A DNA stretch of 63,629 nucleotides, counting the filler, from Lenisia limosa (Eukaryota; Protista; Breviatea), in the NCBI GenBank assembly GCA_001655205.1. It is 11 parts of 11 records of this genome, joined end to end, with 100 filler letters (N's around TTAATTAATTAA, not from the genome) between each part and the next. Parts side by side here need not be neighbours in the genome. Positions count along the whole stretch, not along the records: positions 59,516 to 60,745 come from LPNZ01001730.1; positions 60,846 to 62,249 come from LPNZ01004552.1; positions 62,350 to 63,629 come from LPNZ01000228.1; 8 more parts are not named here. One strand, 5' to 3'. The notes beneath the pieces are model-generated. The model saw only the letters and a list, made by a program, of their open reading frames with translations. It was not told where the DNA came from and did no database searches. Positions 59,516 through 63,629 of this stretch are shown one piece after another; position 1 is the first letter of the stretch; each line of letters starts with the position of its first letter. The position numbers were made by a program, and so were the translations under genes.

Positions 59516-59812
59516 GAGGGGTGCAAATTTTTGTTTCTTAACACTTAAAGAGGGTAAGATTCAGAAAAAAAATCCTGTGAAAAGGCAAAAGGGGGACGGA
59601 CCCCCGGGAGACCAAATTCACGGATTTTTGACGTTTGCTCAAAATTGAAAAAAAAAGTTAGGGAACATTAGGAGGACCATTTCTCTTTGTATCTGTCGAA
59701 ACAGATTTTCAAAAAACACTAGCAATGGCCTATACAAGGCATTAACTTCAAGCTGTCCGGGAGTTTTGATGTGTCCGGGAATTTTGAATGGTGTCCGGAG
59801 CTTTGAGGACCC
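59516..59812. repeat. Dispersed ~300-bp repeat, uninterrupted copy (empty site)
   Basis: Aligns to 46172-46264 joined to 50112-50305 once the TIR element and one TSD are removed. Confidence 0.92.
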
Positions 59813-60037
59813 ACATATATATGATATACTATATGATATACTACTATAAATATACTATATAATTATATACTATCATATAGTATATCGATAATATAAATAT
59901 GGAAGTCGCATAACAGGAAATATCTTCGTTTAGTCTCAGATAGTTATAATATATTCTTTTTTTATTGGAAAGAAAGCAACTTCTTCTTTCCTCACTCCCT
60001 TTAACAAATATGTATATAGTCCCATCTCATCCCTTAG

Positions 60038-60730
60038 CCATGCCGAAGCCACATTGAACGCCCAGCAATGTCGATACGTCCAGCTGAGCGATATCATCAA
60101 TAGTCGCATAGCCTTGGCTCATCAGAACGATGAAAAGAAGGGGGACATGCAATTCTGGCAGGTGTGTGATTCAATGCTACAATTACTCCATTGAAGCAGT
60201 TTTTTTATGAACCCAAAACACGAAGCGATAACGTGAACACTCCCGTCCTGACACGTCAGGTCACGAGAGAGCTTCACTCAACTAGAGGAAAACTAGGCCA
60301 TTTAGAGGACGAAATTTTAAATATGCGCAACGTGAGTTTGGCATTCCAATGATACGTTAATGGGTTCAATCGTTTTATTGTATCTATCACCTGAAACTAG
60401 CGATTTATTTCAGTTGCCTAGATTGTTAAATCCGCGAAACTTCTCTCAACCAACTCCCGAACCCAAGCCGCTGAGAGTGAACGTCTTAGATTGGCTTATG
60501 CTGAAAATTGCAGAATCTTGGAGCTGAAGGTAAGAGAGGGGTGAATCTTGGAGCTGAAGGCAAGAGAGGGGTGAATCTTGGAGCTGAAGGTAAAAGAGGT
60601 GAATATAGTGTATGTGGGGGGTTTTTCCGTCCCCCTTTTGTTTTTCTCAGTTTATTAATATACAGGTCTCACAGCTTGAAGCCCGGCTAAAGGACACAAC
60701 AAATGCCCTTGCTGAAGCTCGAAGTGTCAA
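60038..60730 (+). CDS. Coiled-coil protein fragment (4 exons)
   Basis: HAEATLNAQQ...MQFWQ / VTRELHSTRGKLGHLEDEILNMRN / IVKSAKLL...RILELK / VSQLEARLKDTTNALAEAR joined by canonical phase-0 introns. Confidence 0.62.
60513..60604 (+). repeat. 30-bp tandem repeat x3 spanning an exon end and donor site
   Basis: GAATCTTGGAGCTGAAG|G(T/C)AAGAGAGGGGT. Confidence 0.95.
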
Positions 60731-61205
60731 TGTAGGGGGGGGGGGNNNNNNNNNNNNNNNNNNNNNNNNNNNNNNNNNNNNNNNNNNNNTTAATTAATTA
60801 ANNNNNNNNNNNNNNNNNNNNNNNNNNNNNNNNNNNNNNNNNNNNAATCCACACCTGGTTTCAGCTAGATCATAAAAGGGATAAGGTCTTTGTACAATTA
60901 ATTGACAAGTATTGCAAAATTTGAAGTGCGACATGTTGAAATGTTAACTCAATCTCTTTCATTTCAAATTTTGTTGAATAATTTCTTCAAAAAATTAATT
61001 GCACAAAATAAATCCACACGGGCTCCTTTTGGTTGGTTTAGCTTGATCATAATTACGGCATAAAAGTCAGATACTGAGTGGAGGGGGAGAAAAGTTTGCT
61101 CTCAGTTAGAACTTAAAATTAAAAGTTGAACAAATTGGGCTTCCACTTACCAAATTGGCAACCTTCTACTTACCATATTAGGCAACCATTATCTTACCAA
61201 ATTAG

Positions 61206-62151
61206 GCACGTACACGGTCGGGGCCCTCTCGGACAGTTACCCCGAATACCTGCTGAAACAGCACATTTTAATGAACAAAAAGGACTCAGTACCTTTCGAT
61301 TTGTACCGACGGTTTATTGGCGGCGTGCATAAGGTGCGAAAAGGGGGTAAGAAAAGCAAGTTTTTTTATTATTATAAATCTTGGTATTATACCATAACAT
61401 ACCTAGGGATGCCATAAAGACAAATTATCAATCATATCCCCCCGCCCCCCAAGTGATGGGATGCGGTGCTGCTGAAGCGACTGGCCTNNNNNNNNNNNNN
61501 NNNNNNNNNNNNNNNNNNNNNNNNNNNNNNNNNNNNNNNNNNNNNNNNNNNNNNNNNNNNNNNNNNNNNNNNNNNNNNNNNNNNNNNNNNNNNNNNNNNN
61601 NNNNNNNNNNNNNNNNNNNNNNNNNNNNNNNNNNNNNNNNNNNNNNNNNNNNNNNNNNNNNNNNNNNNNNNNNNNNNCGTGACCAGTCTGGGCGGTCATA
61701 AGATGAACAAAATGGAACATCTGGTGAGTGGTGGAATATTAAGCACCAAAGGCATCCCCCTCCCCCCATTATTACAAGCATAAACATTGGCAAGAAGAGA
61801 GGGAAATGAACAAAATGGAATATTGGGGGGGGGGGGCGAAATGTTGAATTATTCGACACACAGTAGTTTTTAGTGATATTGTCATTATTTGTGCTTTGAC
61901 AAATGTTTTCTTAAACAATGTTCTTCCTGTTTCTGTCGTTTTCTGTGGATGTTTCTTTGTGTAGCCAACCGCTGGATCTCTATGATCCTGGTTTCAATAG
62001 AGACTTTACTGCAAAAACATCATAAACTTTATTTTCGAATAATACTTGCTACATCAGAGATGTTTTTATGTTTGTTTTTTTTTTACATTTGTAGGCCTGT
62101 TTCTTCCCAGGACTGCTGGCACTGGGATCGACCGTCCTTCCAGATCTTGAG
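61206..62151 (+). CDS. Glycoside hydrolase family 47 alpha-1,2-mannosidase (internal fragment)
   Basis: YTVGALSDSYPEYLLKQ (61206-61333), NKMEHL (to 61723) and ACFFPGLLALG (62095-62151) match the GH47 GAxxDSYYEYLLK and KMDHLxCFxxGxxALG motifs. Confidence 0.88.
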
Positions 62152-62593
62152 GTAAATTCTAACTATTGTATAATATTTTCTATTTTTACTAATTTTCTAG
62201 TTTTACTCTACCACCGATCTTTCACCCCCCAACAGAGTTGTTTTTGTGCNNNNNNNNNNNNNNNNNNNNNNNNNNNNNNNNNNNNNNNNNNNNTTAATTA
62301 ATTAANNNNNNNNNNNNNNNNNNNNNNNNNNNNNNNNNNNNNNNNNNNNGAATTAATGACACCATTTAGGACCGTGAGCATATATATATATTATATAATA
62401 TATATCAAAATAAATGATAAATGAAGTAGCGGATATATGAGCGCTATAGTGAATCCCCCTTTTAATAAAAAAACGAATAACAATTTATAGTCAATAATCC
62501 AGTATTTTTTAAATGAAAATATAAACGAGAGTTATTTCGATGGTCATTTTGGGACCAAAAGTAGGTCTTCTCTACTGCAGTGTAACTACCAAC

Positions 62594-63266
62594 CTTTTTC
62601 CGAGCAAGACGCTTGGCTTGACTTCGTGGTGCAGGGTGGTTAGGCCACAATACCTGCGGAATGAACTTACAAGCTCTATTTGTCGAAGGCGAGTACAAAA
62701 CAGACTTAATACAGCTACACTTTTGACTGTTTTTTCTTCCTGTATTATAGCCCCCCCCCCCTACTCCTACCTCAGGATTCTTTGAGTAGTAGCGTAGAAT
62801 TGGTTGGTCACGAACGGGGCGGTAATAAGGGTCTTCGTAGGGCTTGGGTGGTCGGACTGGAGGAGGGGGGGGGGAGTAAAACAAAGAAGATTTCGATGAA
62901 GAATGTTGGCGTAAAGGTACTTTATGAAACAAAAAAAGCCCAAATTAACTCTGTTGGCAGACAAAACACAAGGGTTGATACAACAAAACAAAGCCCAGAC
63001 CAGTCGCTTCGGTAGCAACACAAGATAATGAACACACACATGACCAATAATTAACCCCAATACCCCACTCACCAGCGGTATGTACTCCAGCAGAATGGTC
63101 GTGTCCACAGTCCTCGCGCATAAACTGACGCATTTTCAGCATAACAGAAGCGTGGTGCTCGTCCTTTTCCCTCCGTAGATCCTTCTCGTCCATCGAATCA
63201 AAGTTGCGGGTGTTTAACAGGGCAAGTTGCTGGTATTCTACGACCTTCTCGTTTGCCTTTGTGTCG
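62594..63266 (-). CDS. Hypothetical protein fragment (3 exons)
   Basis: 63266-63073, 62857-62770 and 62653-62594 splice in consistent phase: ...HASVMLKMRQFMREDCGHDHSAGVHTA-VRPPKPYEDPYYRPVRDQPILRYYSKNPE-VLWPNHPAPRSQAKRLARKK. Confidence 0.58.
62858..63020 (-). repeat. Family B copy, long-tail hybrid (minus, in minus-strand gene)
   Basis: GCTACCGAAGCGACTGGTCTGGG core plus CTTTACGCCAACATTCTTCATCGAAAT tail, ending CCCCCCCCCTCCTCCAG. Confidence 0.88.
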
Positions 63267-63629
63267 CTGGATTACGTTAATCTGTGACACCCCCAAATTA
63301 TGTGTAATAAAATACTTATAATTGCCTATCAGGTTTTATTCTAAAAAAATATATGTTTTGGAGGAGGCCTGGCTGCATATTTATTCTCTATCAATTCTAT
63401 TACATCATATCACTGCGTGGAAAATGATAGTTCATTTTTCAAGAAGTGATATGTATCAGTATCATATACGCTTCCCTCGATAAGTACTGAAACAATTGAC
63501 TAAAGATAAAGCTCAATATCCGTATCGCAGTTCAAGTAATATAAGTTTTGAATGTCCTGAATGTCCTGAATTCCATAGCTTGACGTGTATTTAACTAATA
63601 CATCCACTTCACCCCATTATTGTCTTGCG

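Noticed and set aside
9153-62305. Regularly recurring TTAATTAATTAA as a biological repeat or CRISPR-like array
   Set aside because: It is always centred in ~100-nt N spacers, has stops in six frames and sits at contig breaks: an assembly linker.
1-63629. rRNA or tRNA genes
   Set aside because: No conserved rRNA blocks or cloverleaf with A/B boxes were recognised by eye; tRNAscan-SE and barrnap would be needed to exclude them formally.

Overview
Intron-rich eukaryotic DNA, probably from a flagellated protist: it has an axonemal-type dynein, a WASH subunit and a villin. The genetic code appears standard, and the species cannot be identified from the sequence alone. The window is not contiguous. 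Ten artificial 44N-TTAATTAATTAA-44N spacers join 11 contigs, so order across them means nothing. Recognisable gene fragments are a KCBP-like kinesin-14 motor (-), strumpellin/WASHC5 (+), a dynein heavy chain C-terminus (-), a ~20 kb multi-exon coiled-coil gene (+), site-2 protease (+), villin with headpiece (-) and a GH47 alpha-1,2-mannosidase (+), plus several hypothetical genes. The most interesting signal is intronic. (1) A ~130-200 nt repeat family has about 21 copies, nearly all on the host gene's sense strand and mostly ending at the 3' splice site; in one or two cases it may form a whole intron (introner-like). (2) A second sense-biased, hairpin-rich repeat family is present. (3) A ~100 bp hAT-like MITE has 8-bp TSDs. 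(4) A 3.84 kb TIR element with an 8-bp TSD carries an unrecognised spliced gene, and its empty paralogous site is also in the window. (5) A degenerate Mutator-like transposase lies antisense in an intron. (6) Several tandem duplications span splice junctions. Exon boundaries were read by eye, and gene coordinates are spans of visible exons.
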